DNA of 64,000 nucleotides from Albugo candida (Eukaryota): NCBI GenBank assembly GCA_040437565.1, contig JBDOQK010000032.1, positions 124,001 to 188,000 of the forward strand, read 5' to 3'. Shown piece by piece: positions 44,616 to 57,583 of this stretch (position 1 is its first letter; each line of letters starts with the position of its first letter). The notes under the pieces were generated by a model. It saw only the letters and a program-made list of their open reading frames with translations, ran no database searches and was not told where the DNA came from. The position numbers and the translations under genes were made by a program.

Positions 44616-47600
44616 TCAAAAACAATTATCTTTCTGCTCTTGTCTTTCACTAGGAAGAGTATTTACCAAATGCAATTATCCTGGTCCTCTCCAATACATT
44701 CCTTACCGAGTAATTCGTTTCTTCCCGCGGCTTGGGCTTCGATATCGGGGCTTGCCAGACGACGAGTAGGAACGATCCGGGCTGGAGCTGTACTTACTTG
44801 ATCTTCGACGACGGTAAGGCGACTCATATCGACTTTTCTCTTCTCGTGTGTCGTCTCTATCCCGGCTGGAAGAGCGACGAGATTGCCTGACACGTTGTCT
44901 GCTTCGACTTGGGCTCTCGCGATAGCTATGACGAGACGAAGTGTTCGGTCTGGTGGATGTATAGTCGGATCGTTTGCGATTTTCAGATCTTTCACCGCGT
45001 GGAGCTCGACTTGTTCCGCGGCTGCGAGACCGCGATCCTTTTCGGCGATATTTCTCTGCTACAGCAGATTTGAGAATGCATTATGAAGACAAAGGTGAGA
45101 AGAGGATGACCATACCACGTTCGTAAGAGTTGTCTCGATGCTGACTTTCACGCTTTCTTCTTCGATATGATGACGACTCGAAGCTATCAGACCGCTCGCG
45201 CTTGCTCCTTGGAGATCGGGTTTCTCGCTCAATGCTTTCACGCTGATGCCTTGGTCTCTCGGCGTACCGGTCTCGCTTGCTATGCTCTGACTTTCCACGG
45301 TGGTTGCTCTCCTCACTCTTATTACTTCTACTAGCTTCAGATCTTGTGAATTCATTTTCATTTCGAATGTTGTCGAGTACAAGATGAAGACCACCACGTT
45401 GTGCAGCAAATGCTTCGTCCTTATCTTTTCCGTGCTCACGTCCCCAATTTACCAACTCGTTGAAATTACGTTCTTGAGTTCGCTTCCAAGCGCACAGGCT
45501 GCGGTATTCGTTCAGAACATCACCTACAACAATCAAGACGGAAATTTAGTCAGCGTTTTCGATGGCACAAGATGGAGATAGAAGCATACGGGCTTGACGA
45601 TCGCTTAATACTCGGTGTCTCTTGTCTGCTCGACACCACTTGAAACTGAAGATTCGATCGGCTTGCTGGCAAGCTATGTAAATTGCAGTTTCCGCGAGAT
45701 AACGAGGTGACATGGATAAGCAAATTGGAAGCCAAAAGCTGAGTTCGACAGAAGCATCACTTAGTGCTCATCATACACCCGAAAGACTCATCGTTACATA
45801 CAGTTCTTCCAAGATTGCATTGGCCGTACTCTTGATATCATCAACCACTAGACAATGGCCGAGAGCGTCGATGTAAGCAAATGCGAAGAAGACGGACATG
45901 GGGTCTTACATTTGGATGGAATTCCTTCCAGTACTTTTCGAAGATAATAAAATGGCATGTCGACTGTAAGTTCATACTGAATTCCCTGCAAAACCTGAAT
46001 CTCGTAATGAAGCAAATGGAGTCGTTCCAATTCCAATTTATCTTCATCACCCATCATCAATGGCTTTTCCAGGATATCGTGCATCGTTCGTACCATCCGG
46101 ATCAATTTCATTCGTTTACTAGCGGCTTTTGCCGCCAAGAATAAACACGCCGCAGCAACTTTGAATCTTTCTTGTGCGTAGATCCCACAATCGAAAATTC
46201 GGTGAAAATAACTGCATGCAGTCAAGACAACCTCACGATTCAAGACGAGACATTGTCCCAAGACATCGATATATGCAATCGCTGTAAATCGCCACTGCTT
46301 CCTCGCCTCACTTTTAGGCTCCACATCTTTACGCTCATATAAGAATGGACAAGTTGATCGATTCAAATCTATCAAATTGGATGGGGCAATTTCGTGCTTT
46401 CTAGAAGCCAAATTTCCATCCACTGATTCGCATGTGTTTTCCGCTTCCATGGCAAAGAACTCTGCCAGCCGTTCCGCCTCATTTTTTGGAAGTCGAATTG
46501 GTGCTCGCTTGGGCTTGATTTCTCCAAGTACGATACTTTTCCATGTCTTCATCTTGCTCGGGTACAAATTTAGCTCCTCCCAACGCGCCAGTGTTTTGAA
46601 TAATCGCTTCTTGCCATCTTCAATGTTTTTGGTCTCACGAACGCACGCATACAATATATCTTCAACCGTCTGGAACCACTCCCGCTGAATACGCTCGTAC
46701 TCCCGAGGATCGTGCTGGAAATGCTTGAAGAACTCGTGCAAAACGTAAAACAACATGATCTTGACATTGAACGGCTTGATAGCTTCACTGCTGCTCTGGG
46801 CACGCTACATATCAAGGACACGAAACAAGAGAAAAAACACAGAAAAATGTTAGCTTGAGTGTTTATGGCTTGCTTTTTGATACAAATGCTTAAGTAAAAG
46901 CAACAACTCTGCATTGTGCACTGTCTTATCGTTCATACAACTAAGAATATGCATGACATGCTATTGGATAATAGCTGATGGAAAGCCCGGGCTTACAAAA
47001 GCAGAACAGATCGCAGTCAACTGCATGTGCATTAAGGCACAAGATTGGACGTTGCATTCTTTTTATGATGAAATTCTGAGCCGATTTTTTTCGACATCAG
47101 TGTCGGTCGACCTCAGTATTAGATTTTTCTTATTGTTCGGTCTGTCTGTTTCTTTCATGCTTTTGTTTGCTTTGTAAGCGCGGTATTTCCATAGCATCGT
47201 CATGCAAATGATTCATACAATAAATATTCAAGCGGCTGTATTCACCTGTTTCAGTTTGAGCTGGAAAGGAATGGAATGATGTGGATGACGCAAAATGTAT
47301 TCAGCTGTTTGTTGAATCAAATCACGAGACGTGACTTGGGTCAGCATGTTATCTAGTATCTCTGTGAATCGGTTCACTTCGTCTTCCCATTCATTTCGGG
47401 GAGGTGTTACTGTAGCATTTTGTGCTCCCACAAACGTATTCGACAAATTGACTTTCGACTTTGCTTCATCAGCTAAGGATTTTGGCGGAGAGGATTTTGT
47501 ATCACTGTACTCAGAATCTGGATTCGAACGGGTGCGCAATATGTCAGGGGTGAGCCTGAGAGTGGTCAGATCAGCGGACGCTGTATCGGAATTCACTTGT

Positions 47601-47761
47601 TCTTTTTGTTGTTCGCTTGATTCAGAGGGAAGATCGTCAGTAAGTTCTTGCACCACTAACTCGTCTTTCATGAGAAAATTTTCTATGGCTAAATTTTGCT
47701 CGTTATTTGGGTCTGTTGGTCCTTTAGGTGCGCTCCACGCCCCATCATCGTCGCCTACCAT
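44616..47761 (-). CDS. Transcriptional cyclin (K/L/T group) with N-terminal CID/RPR-like domain and C-terminal RS-rich domain
   Basis: Cyclin box: LGQCLVL...TACSYFHR...VAAACLFLAAK...EIQVLQGIQYEL..PFYYL; CID-like SRDLIQQTAEYIL..KIMLFYVLHE...LARWEELNLY; RSRSR/RESPSR tail. Intron 1 is 46805-47245. The 3' end is uncertain (stop at 44703 or 44616). Confidence 0.8.
46950..47206. other. Long intronic fold-back structure (structured RNA element or decayed MITE)
   Basis: 46950-46968 pairs with 47188-47206; 46991-47008 pairs with 47164-47179; inner hairpins at 47026-47041 and 47076-47116; a 9-bp direct repeat ttcatacaa at 46932-46940 and 47212-47220. Confidence 0.65.
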
Positions 47762-47839
47762 TTCTTCCTCTATTAAAGATCGTGTCGTCTAACAGTAAAA
47801 CCGGTATGAAACAATACAGGAATTCATTATATAGCCATA

Positions 47840-49926
47840 TCACCTTGCCAATTCCATTTCTGTGGCAATTGTAACATTATGAGTTGGTTTATGCCAAGAA
47901 TCGACCACAGTCCGACTATTATAATGACCTGGGCCCTGATACATATTGATTGAATATGAGTCATTGTCGTTAGGTAGTAGAATCTTACAATACGTACAGG
48001 CGTGCCCTTTAATGACGCTGAACAGGAAAATCTTGGCTCCTTGCATGCAATACATAAAAAATGAACTTTGTCTGAATACGAAGAATCGTACAGTCGCAAA
48101 AGACGCCGCGCGTGTTGCCGAAGGAACCGTATTTTCTGTTTGTGTAATCTACAGAAACGCATGAGATCAACTTGACGATTGATTGAATGGTAATATACCC
48201 CAACGTGTCGTGGTGACTCTGAGCGTTCAAAGCGCTTTATTGCCGATTGAAATGATCTTCTGGCACCTGAAGCCTCCCAAGAAAGACCGACCTAAAATTA
48301 AATAAAATCAGCTCAGATCGAGACGCTGCTGAGGCCGCTTGTAGCAGAACACCCGACCTCATAGTCCCCGGGACAGGGTCCATCTTCTCTGACTTGGCCC
48401 TGGAATCGGTCCGATTTTGATACAAAAGAACTGCTAGCTAATCGTCGAGCTTTTCGGGTCGCTACAAATCTTTTCTGCGAGTCCACCAATTTCTTTTCTT
48501 GATTTTGCTTATTCATCAAATTCTCAAAAGCGTCTTCAGGCTTTGATTTCAGACCGTAAAATGACTTATTAGAAAAACGTTCTGCACTTTTGCCAAAGCT
48601 AATCTGTTGATAAAAGAGTCAGCTTTGAGTATGAATTGATAAACGCAATGCCCAGAAACCGATTTGCAATTCGTATTTCTACCTCCATTCGCGTTGTAGT
48701 AAGCGCCTGGTGCTGGTGTGACGTTTCTGGTCCGTTGGTCTTCAAATCTACTCAGTCTAGGGTCGAGAAAAGCTTGACGTCTACTTTTTTTGCTGGTCTC
48801 AGCTACGAGTAAACGTGGATATACTTCATACGACCCAGGTCCACACGCTGGCGACTCACTACAATGGTTGAAAATGAGAGTAATGTGTGATGATTGGAAA
48901 AAGATGCTCACCTCATTAGTGTCGTGAAGCGGGCACTGGTGCTTCCAAAAAATTGCAAATGCTCAGGTATATTCGTAATACGAAATGTGTCGCCATTTCT
49001 TTGATACGAACCCGGCCCAGGAACATCGTCTACGAGTATTTTCATTCCACTTAATTCTCTCGTCGTACACGAACTGAATACAGCGCTAGCATTAGATGCA
49101 TCTCGATGCGTATCAGCGTCCAAGTCTCCATAATAGCCAGGGCCTGGTATATTTGCCTTAGTCTTGATCTGATCGTCAAACATCCTAACAAGCTATATTT
49201 TGTGCGACATTGTCATCACAAGATAAATAGATTGAGGCATACTTGCTTGCCTACCTTTGTTTTCCCAAAATCGGTACTGATGTGCTTATCAAGTTTTTTT
49301 ATTCCTTCCAAAGCGTTATACTCTCCTGGACCCGTGGTATCATCTCCCACCCCGCTGTGTCTGACTACTTTTGGCGTATGTCGAACGAGTTTGCCATCAT
49401 ACCTTTGTTCATACCCAAAGCTTTGCGAAAGAGATGGAATGGATGGCGCGGTCGGCATGTGCATGATGCGTGCTTCAAGATGCTCCTTCTGTCTATCGGT
49501 GGATTGCTGGTATAAGCAGAAAAACGGCGACTAGAACACTTGATACCTCGCTAGCTGACCTTCTTTCGGCTCTTGTACTACCAGATCAGGGCAATATGCT
49601 CCCGGACCCGGTGTCGGCGCGCGTTTTGATCCGTCGAAACGAGTAGTTTTGGATTCAAAAGCTGACAGAGCACCTTTCACATTTGGCGAACCCGTAGAAT
49701 ATTCATGGTAACCACAGTAAGCACCAGGTCCTGGTGTCTCTGATGCGGGACGGGAGCCAACGCTTCGTTGCTCATACCGACTGGCCGATCCGAAACCAGC
49801 AAAATTGGGACGAGCTCTCGATTTCTGTACTATTTCATAGCACCCTGGGCCCAAATGTGGATTTTCCCCGGTCTTGAAACACTCTTCAGGCTGCTGGCCT
49901 CGGAAAGTTCGATATACCCAAGCCAT
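47840..49926 (-). CDS. Sperm-tail PG-rich repeat (SHIPPO-repeat, STPG2-like) axonemal protein
   Basis: More than 8 (P/G)GPG.Y repeats across several exons (GPGCY, TPGPGAY, TGPGEY, IPGPGYY, VPGPGSY, CGPGSY, CPGDY, GPGHY); MAWVYR start. Confidence 0.85.
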
Positions 49927-50156
49927 TAATGACAGAGCCTTTGTCTGAATCACCGGCAAAAATAACTTTCTCGAAACGCTTTCACCACCGAAAAAAATGG
50001 TACTCACGACTCAGCATACCACTACAGACGAGTGCCATACATTCGCGTGATTTCGCTCAGCGCAGCCATAAAAAAGTGTTTTCACAGACTTCAGTATCCT
50101 TATTATCGCCTACACAACAAGACAGCTCACTAACACTATGCGACCCACCACACTGC

Positions 50157-53100
50157 CTAATTATCGGCGATATTTGCTTCCAAGACTGTTCGCGCCAGTG
50201 TTTGCATCATTGCTTGCTGGAATCGAGAGGCAATTGTTGGATGGCGTATCTTCATTTCTTCAAACTTTACTTTACTCAGAAATAAAAGAAGTGTGTCTGC
50301 TTTTGCCTCCGCGGTGAATTGGTACCGTTTATGAAGCATCATCTCAGCAACACCGAGAATTCCTCCTTGACAGACACGCTGGATTCGACGTTTACCTCTG
50401 AATCCGGGACCCATACTTTCATGCAACTTTGAAGGCAAAAAGACGTCGACTTTACCCAAGCCGATAAAGTATATACCGTCGACCGGTGATCCAACTTGAT
50501 ACACCTGCTCTCCAGCAACGTGATGCCTCGACTCGATATAGTACGCAGCGATATCTTGAGTCAGTATTGCTGATAAATTGACTTCTTGTACCGAGTCTTC
50601 TTTTATCTGTCCTTGATCTTCTTCATCTGTCTCACTACTATCACTAGTCGATTTGCTCGCTTCCACCTTGACAGAATGCTTCGGTGTCACCTTTGGAAGC
50701 AATGTATCGAGTAATTGGATTGCGCACCGCCCATCGTTCTCAATTTCGGCTACTTCACTCAGCGGTATAACTCCTTGTTCAGCCAACAGCTCGTCCTCAC
50801 ACCATTCCAAGGCCTTATCTAATGTATCGAATGCAAGCGTACTCACACGTTTGGTACTTCCGAAAGCCACCTCGTACTCGTCATCCAATATATCATGAGC
50901 GTGTAGTAATTGTTCAACGTCATGCTGAAGGCTGGCAAAAATGAGCAAAATTCCGTGCTGTGCAAGCAATTGCTTGGTAGCTTTGATACAACTTCTGATT
51001 GCAGTCGCATCGACGCCACGAACCCGTTCGAAATCCAATATGAAAAAACGTGTTCGTACGGGACGCATGGCAAGTTGATCATACATTTTCGGTTGAGAGC
51101 AAGTGTTGTATTCTTCATGATCATCTAGCGTTCGAAGATCATCAGTAGTCTCGAACGTAGAGGCATTCCTCATGCTTATAAGAGGAGGCTCATACTGGAA
51201 TACCGTTGTAAGAAAACTCCCGTTTGTTGGAAATGCTGGGGAGCACATTATAGGAGCAACAGTCGGTTCTGAAGCATTTACTAAGACGTGGCGTCGTACT
51301 TCTTCCATTATCTTGACACTACTTCCAAAAAAGAGAAATCCGTCAAGCTCCAAAGTAACAATTGCAAGATGCGTTCTCTGTAGCAATTCTCGCTCACGCA
51401 AATCTCGCTCCACATGACTTCGCTTCATGACTCGTCGGACAGTAGAGACGGTGATATATGAGTAAATGAAATTGAATCCGGCGACGATGATACCGGCAAT
51501 TATCCCGAATTTCAAATCGTACACACAGGTCATCATGAATGTGAGCCATACCACGATATACTCTTGCAGCAGCATTTTGTGTCGTGCATGCCACATGTAT
51601 TCGACCATCAGATCAGCTGCTATGAGTGTCTGTAATGCGCCGAAGAAAACTTTAGGCACGTAGGCGATTATGGAAAATGGACACAAAACTAAGATCAGTT
51701 CGAAGCCACAGACCAGAGTGCCAACCAGTCGAGATTGTAGATTAGCACGAAGTGTGAAAATTGTCTGAGAAAATATGTACGATCCAGTAAAGCCTCCGGC
51801 AATACCCGAAATGAGATTGGACCAACCCACTATTTGCAATTCGTGATTGTAGTCCAGCGGAGTACCCAAAGCCATTTCAATGGCTGCGACATCAAGCGAC
51901 GACGAGAAAGCCACCACGAAATACATGGCGATCCATGTTGGAATTTGCGTCATAGTTTGGGACGTGTCGACATAATGATAATCAAACATTTGGTAAATAT
52001 CAAAAATGGATGCCGATGTAGCCGGTAGTGGGCTGACCCATCCTTTCAGTCGTGCTTGCTCCAAAGAAGTCCCAGTGAGCGCCAAAGAAAGATAGAATAT
52101 GACCAAAATGCTCGCCATTGAAGTGGGAAGAATCATGACGTGCTCGTACCGCGATAAGACGAAAAATATCGCTATTCCCGACAGTAGTCCTGGTGCAATT
52201 AAAATCAGACTTTCGGCGTTTATGAGTTTTGGCCAGTCGATAATGCCATTAATTACCTGTCCCGACATCATCGACAGACCAGCTTCGAGACAGTAGAATC
52301 CGATGAATGCCAAATAACCACCGACCACAGGCATTGGAAGGTATTGGACGAAGCTAGCTAGTTTTAGCTTCCCCGTTATGATCAAAGCAATCCCCAATAA
52401 TGCAGTAGAGGCTGCCAATGTAAGTAAAGTCGTTGCTAGCAACCGTTGTGGTTCAACTTTTCCAATTCCACTTGATTTCTCTAATCCATTGACGATCGAG
52501 GTCGCCATTGCTGATAGAAATATAAGACCAGCATCCTGAACTTGACCCACTGCAAAACTCAAGGAGCTTTTCAACGTGAAGCAAAACTGATGTATTGCAG
52601 CTACATAGAGAAACAAAATATTGCTAGTCTAAAATGATGATGAAGAACAAGTAAGGAGCCCTACCAGACGTCATGACGAGTTTGATTAGTTCGGACATGT
52701 AAGGTCGGAATGCCGAATCACGAAATATAATTTGTGCAAAGCTGATCATTAATGGTACCAAAATGACTGTATTCATAACACCGTACAGAGTAGTACGAAC
52801 AATTTGGTCTTTCCAGGATGCAAGAGATGAGGGATCATCCTGGGCATTGTTTTCTTCCGTTGTCGACAGCAGAAAAGAGGACTCTTTCTCGTGAGTCGTC
52901 ATGATCGCATCAGAACTGTGTGCCAGAGATGATTTTTTCGTAAAATCGTAGGAATGACGAGGAGTCTTCTTTATTGCGTAAGATCCATGCAAATTTTTCG
53001 AATGTTTATTTCCTGTGGATGCAGCACTGTCCACATGCAATACTGGTAGCATAAAGTCTAATGTATCTAAGCGCGAAGGACGAAGCAATCTTCCACTTCC

Positions 53101-53244
53101 AGTGGCGCCATAGCCGTGGCTAGAACCGCTGAAACGTGATGCCCGGGCGCTAGGTGTGCATACTTCGATCACAGCAGGAGTACCCGCTCGTATCATTGAT
53201 CGCCGAAGCCGCGGGGTACGCGCTGTCGCACCTACACTATCCAT
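50157..53244 (-). CDS. SulP/SLC26-family transporter with STAS and cNMP-binding-like domains
   Basis: Multi-TM region with QYLPMPVVGGYLAFIG and GGFTGSYIFSQT; STAS LDGFLFFGS..LDFERVRGVDATA; C-terminal cNMP fold (IYFIGLGKVDV..GGILG..FTAEA); intron 52601-52664. Confidence 0.92.
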
Positions 53245-56200
53245 TGTTGCTTGGCGGTTTTGTACTCTTACTTAGAATGTGGAAGGTATCGCAATGAGTT
53301 ATTAAGGTTATTATTCTACAGCATCATTGTTTCGTGGCATTCTATTTCGAATGAGGCTTTTTTTACATGCGGTGTTTAGACTGGTTGGTAAGTCAATAAC
53401 CGTTTATAACTGTCTTAAAACACTCACATCCAACGAAATCGGAAAATTTGGGTGGCTAAGTATGCAGCATCATTTTTAATGTTGTAAGTATATGTAATGA
53501 GCTTATTGAGACTCGCTGGTTGAAACTTTTCCGAATGCATGACAGCTTTTGCATCCGGCGAATGGAATCGATCATATACCGAAATAACATGCGGAGTATA
53601 TACTTGTGCTAGGCTGTACAGCAAGCCATGCTTCATCGGCTTGGTGTTTGGCAATATACGTACCTATTTCTCTGAAATTTGTGAGAAATTGGATGTGAGG
53701 ATTGAGCATTTGATCAGTGAATCTCCATCTTTGCTCGATGATCAGCTGCGTTTGTCGAGCCGTGGTTCGTCGGACCAAAATTTCTGCAGTATAGTAACTC
53801 ATTAGAATTTTAAAGAAGTAAGTGTACGGATTGGACACCGTCTGCTTTGAAAATGTAGCGTGGTTTATGGATCTTTTGATAATCGTACACTTCAGAGCCC
53901 AAAGTCCAGAGCTACTACAGTAGTTGGATTGTCTAAAGTCTTCCTGCACTATGCTCGATGCAGGGTTAAAGCACGCCGAGATCCGTCTTCTGCATCTTGA
54001 GTCGAGAGGCTGATTTGAATGCGTGGCTTGAGCGCTATGGACAAATCGTACTCATTCACCAGCTAATCGTATCGACCATAAGCAAGTTACGCATTGATAA
54101 AAAGCATGCGTTCTATTGGAATATATTGTAAGCCGACATTATAGTCGAGCGTTTGGGCTAGCTGCTCATTAGCCGATATTAAGCTGAGGGGCCTCAACAT
54201 CCATTGTTCCTTACCCTGATATGAGCACAGTTAGCCATGCTGTCCGCTTCCAATGCCGCCTTTAAAAAGCTTTTATTTTGTGCACTTGAAAATAACGCTA
54301 TCAGACAATAACTTGATCTCCAATCCAGCACTACGTTGACCTTCTCGCTTTAGCTCCCATCGGCCAAGAATAGTACTGATAAGTTGACAAAGCACTCTAT
54401 GTACGAATTTGGTAACGTTGCCCGCATGGCAGATATGGGATTTCTTCTTCATCTTGATGTGCTCTAAAGTCGGGACAGGATCCTGATGTATTCAGCTGCG
54501 GTGTTGTATTTTGTATCCGATAAAACGTCCGATCATCAAAAGACCTCTGATCTTCGAGTTCAGGAATGAGCCGATGGAATGTACCACGTATCTTCTGACC
54601 CCGGTATGAGGAGCTTCCCTGAAACTGTTCCCTTCCGACCTGCGCTACTAGGCTGTCACTAGTTGGATGCTTGTACGAGATACTATACATGCTACGATTA
54701 GTCTGTCCGGCTTTCTTCGAAATCGACGGACTTTTATTCTCTGCCATCGCATACTTTGCAAATTAACGTCGCCGATTAAGTCCCGTGAGCATGGCAAGCT
54801 CAAAATGCAAGTGCTTTTTTGAAACAAACTCGCTTGGATGCGATGGAACGTGGCCAATCACTCGTTTTCCATTATGTCAAACGATCTAAATTTTTTGTCG
54901 ATCTAGCCAGATGAATTTGAGAAGCTTGATAGCTCACTTTGGACAGTAAGTTTGATTATGACTATTTTTTGTATTTAAAAATTGGAGATGCTGCAGTGCT
55001 TCAAATCACTGTTCTAACATCCTTTGATGCTCTAATGTCGAAATATATAGCCCCCCACTCTTGCTTTGCTAAAGAATAGAAATTGTCCCTTTGTCCGAAG
55101 TTGCAATTTCCAAGCAAAAGGCCTGCGATAATAGTATATATACTTATTTTCGTTCTCGTTGAGATGAGTGATGAAGATTGTTGTAAAATGGTACAGAAGG
55201 AATCGTTGATGCTTCATCTGAGGGCTGTGCTAATGGAAATTCGTTTACAGATTTCGATAAGTACTACGATCGATACCACTTGCTTTGGCATTCCTTTCAC
55301 ACTTTTTTCGAGATTACAAAGTGGCATAAGTATGGGCAACTAAGTCGTACAAGTTGTCCCATGCTTATTCGAAGAAAAGAAGCTCTCAGACTGGAGAGGG
55401 CTGATGCATAGGCTGACCAAAAAGCATCGTCATTGCAAGCGTGTAAAGACGCTAACAAAGTCGTGTACAGGACTATGCTGCCTAATATCGCGGTAAAAGA
55501 TACTTGAAAAAGATGCTTGCGGCATATGCCCGTTATACTACAATGACTTGCCATTCGATGTTGCACGCAGATAGCTCGTAGATTAGTTTTCTTCTCATAG
55601 ACTTCATACCATAATAAAAACACAGTTTTACTGGCATCGTCAGAATGCTATGGCTTATAGCTATAAATCTCAACATTCGTGGATGATTTGTCTTCTTCCT
55701 GTATAATGTTGTGGCATGGTCATCAAATTGTTTATTTGCTACATTAACTCATTCTCTAATTTTTCCTTCATTAGCCGGCCCGATACTCTGGTAAGATTGG
55801 TAGCGAAGTATATTGTCGATCGCTAGTCAAATAGGCTGTAGACCAGCATGCATATGGTAGGCTTCTTATATGGAACTGTGTACTCTCACAATTTGACGCA
55901 AAGCAGCCATTTAGGTTCTTCAACATCATACGGTACGCTATAAGGAGCACATGTTACCTGCAACACACATCTCTTGCTTGATTGCTTTAGACTGTCACAT
56001 GGCTTTCCTTAATGGTATTTTGCATTATTCACAGCAATATTGTACTATGGCATCCTTCATCACGCAAACACTCAAGTAACTTTCGCATCCACCCTACGAA
56101 ATATTCGTGATTGATTTTGCCGTCTTCAAATATATCGAGCGTTTTGCAATCGCGTTCCACAGTCGTAGGGCAATTCAGTCTACATCAACTATGGATGCAT

Positions 56201-57101
56201 AGAACAATAAAAATGTCTTTGTAATAAGACCTCACCATCGAATGCTTCTCGTCATTTGGATCATGTGGCGAGTCTTCATGTTAGCATCATTTTGATGCTT
56301 ATAGCTCTCACCCTTGTGTAGTACACACTTGCGTTTCATGAATAAGTCTCCCTGTAGCTGTAACTCTACCTTCAGTCGATACGATACAGAGCTTTTCATC
56401 ATTATTCGTTACATCCGAATTGGTTTAGAAAACGCCTGATTCAGCGTATGCTGCATGGAAAAACTCAAGACTTGCAAGGTATTCGAGGAGTATACATATT
56501 CAAACCATCGAAGCAGTAATCAATTCCGTCGCATCTGACAATTAGCCAATTGATGTATACGTGGTGGATTATTCGCACGCCTATGCCGAGGAGCAGCCGC
56601 CGAATTAGACTTTCTCGTTATATATCGTGTCCAGATTCAACAACAAGAGCAACTTTCGAGTCAAAAGGCATGCTCTCTCTCTTGCAACATTTTGCGTGAC
56701 CTATTTCCGATATTTGCCATTTTTCACATTTCTCTCCTTGCGTAACCTCAACTATGCCTGTAGCAAAAGAAGTCGACCTCACTCCTCTTGTACCATAGTC
56801 ACTAACTGATCAACAAACTATTCGTAATAACGACCTGGAGACGACCAGAGGTGCGAATTTGATTATTATCTCGTAAACATTGCCGATTCCTAACGTTCAA
56901 GACTCTCTCTCAGGCTTTCTCAAATGTTTTGATTCTAATCTGAATCATCTAGCTGCATAGCGGATCGCATAACAGCCAGTAAGTCTTTCAAGTTTGTGCG
57001 ACACAGCTGGATCACTAAAGATGCGAAATGGATTACAGCATTGTTGACGGTGTTCGCTCATAAGAATACATCATTGTGGAGGATGTGTATCAGGAAAATA
57101 G

Positions 57102-57583
57102 CGAATACCACCGGGTCCTAGTAGAATGAAGCAGACATAAGCGTACAGCGTGTAAGCTTATGGTAGAAGTACATTCATATCAGCAAATTTCTTTGCATTG
57201 TACTACAAGGCTCAAAATTGATAATAGAGCACTATCAACTGTTCAACACATGTCTTTCTCGCACATATAATGCAGGCTTTATCAAAGGCGATNNNNNNNN
57301 NNNNNNNNNNNNNNNNNNNNNNNNNNNNNNNNNNNNNNNNNNNNNNNNNNNNNNNNNNNNNNNNNNNNNNNNNNNNNNNNNNNNNNNNNNNNCGAATACC
57401 ACCGGGTCCTAGTAGAATGAAGCAGACATAAGCGTACAGCGTGTAAGCTTATGGTAGAAGTACATTCATATCAGCAAATTTCTTTGCATTGTACTACAAG
57501 GCTCAAAATTGATAATAGAGCACTATCAACTGTTCAACACATGTCTTTCTCGCACATATAATGCAGGCTTTATCAAAGGCGAT
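57102..57583. other. Assembly artefact: duplicated overlap across an N-gap
   Basis: 57102-57292 repeats at 57393-57583. Confidence 0.9.

Noticed and set aside
46975-46996. CTGATG-GAAAGCCCGGG as a hammerhead ribozyme or RNase MRP/P core
   Set aside because: It lacks CUGANGA plus stem II, and no complementary CR-V/P4 partner was found at a suitable distance.
47065-47080. ATGATGA...CTGA as a box C/D snoRNA
   Set aside because: The boxes are only a few nt apart and antisense to the host gene; no guide could be identified.
54134-54197. Three consecutive small hairpins
   Set aside because: Stems are only 4-5 bp, as expected by chance, with no ncRNA motifs.
56381-56392. ACGATACAGAG resembling the U6 snRNA ACAGAGA box
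   Set aside because: The match stops after 11 nt; the following AAGATTAGCATGG is absent.
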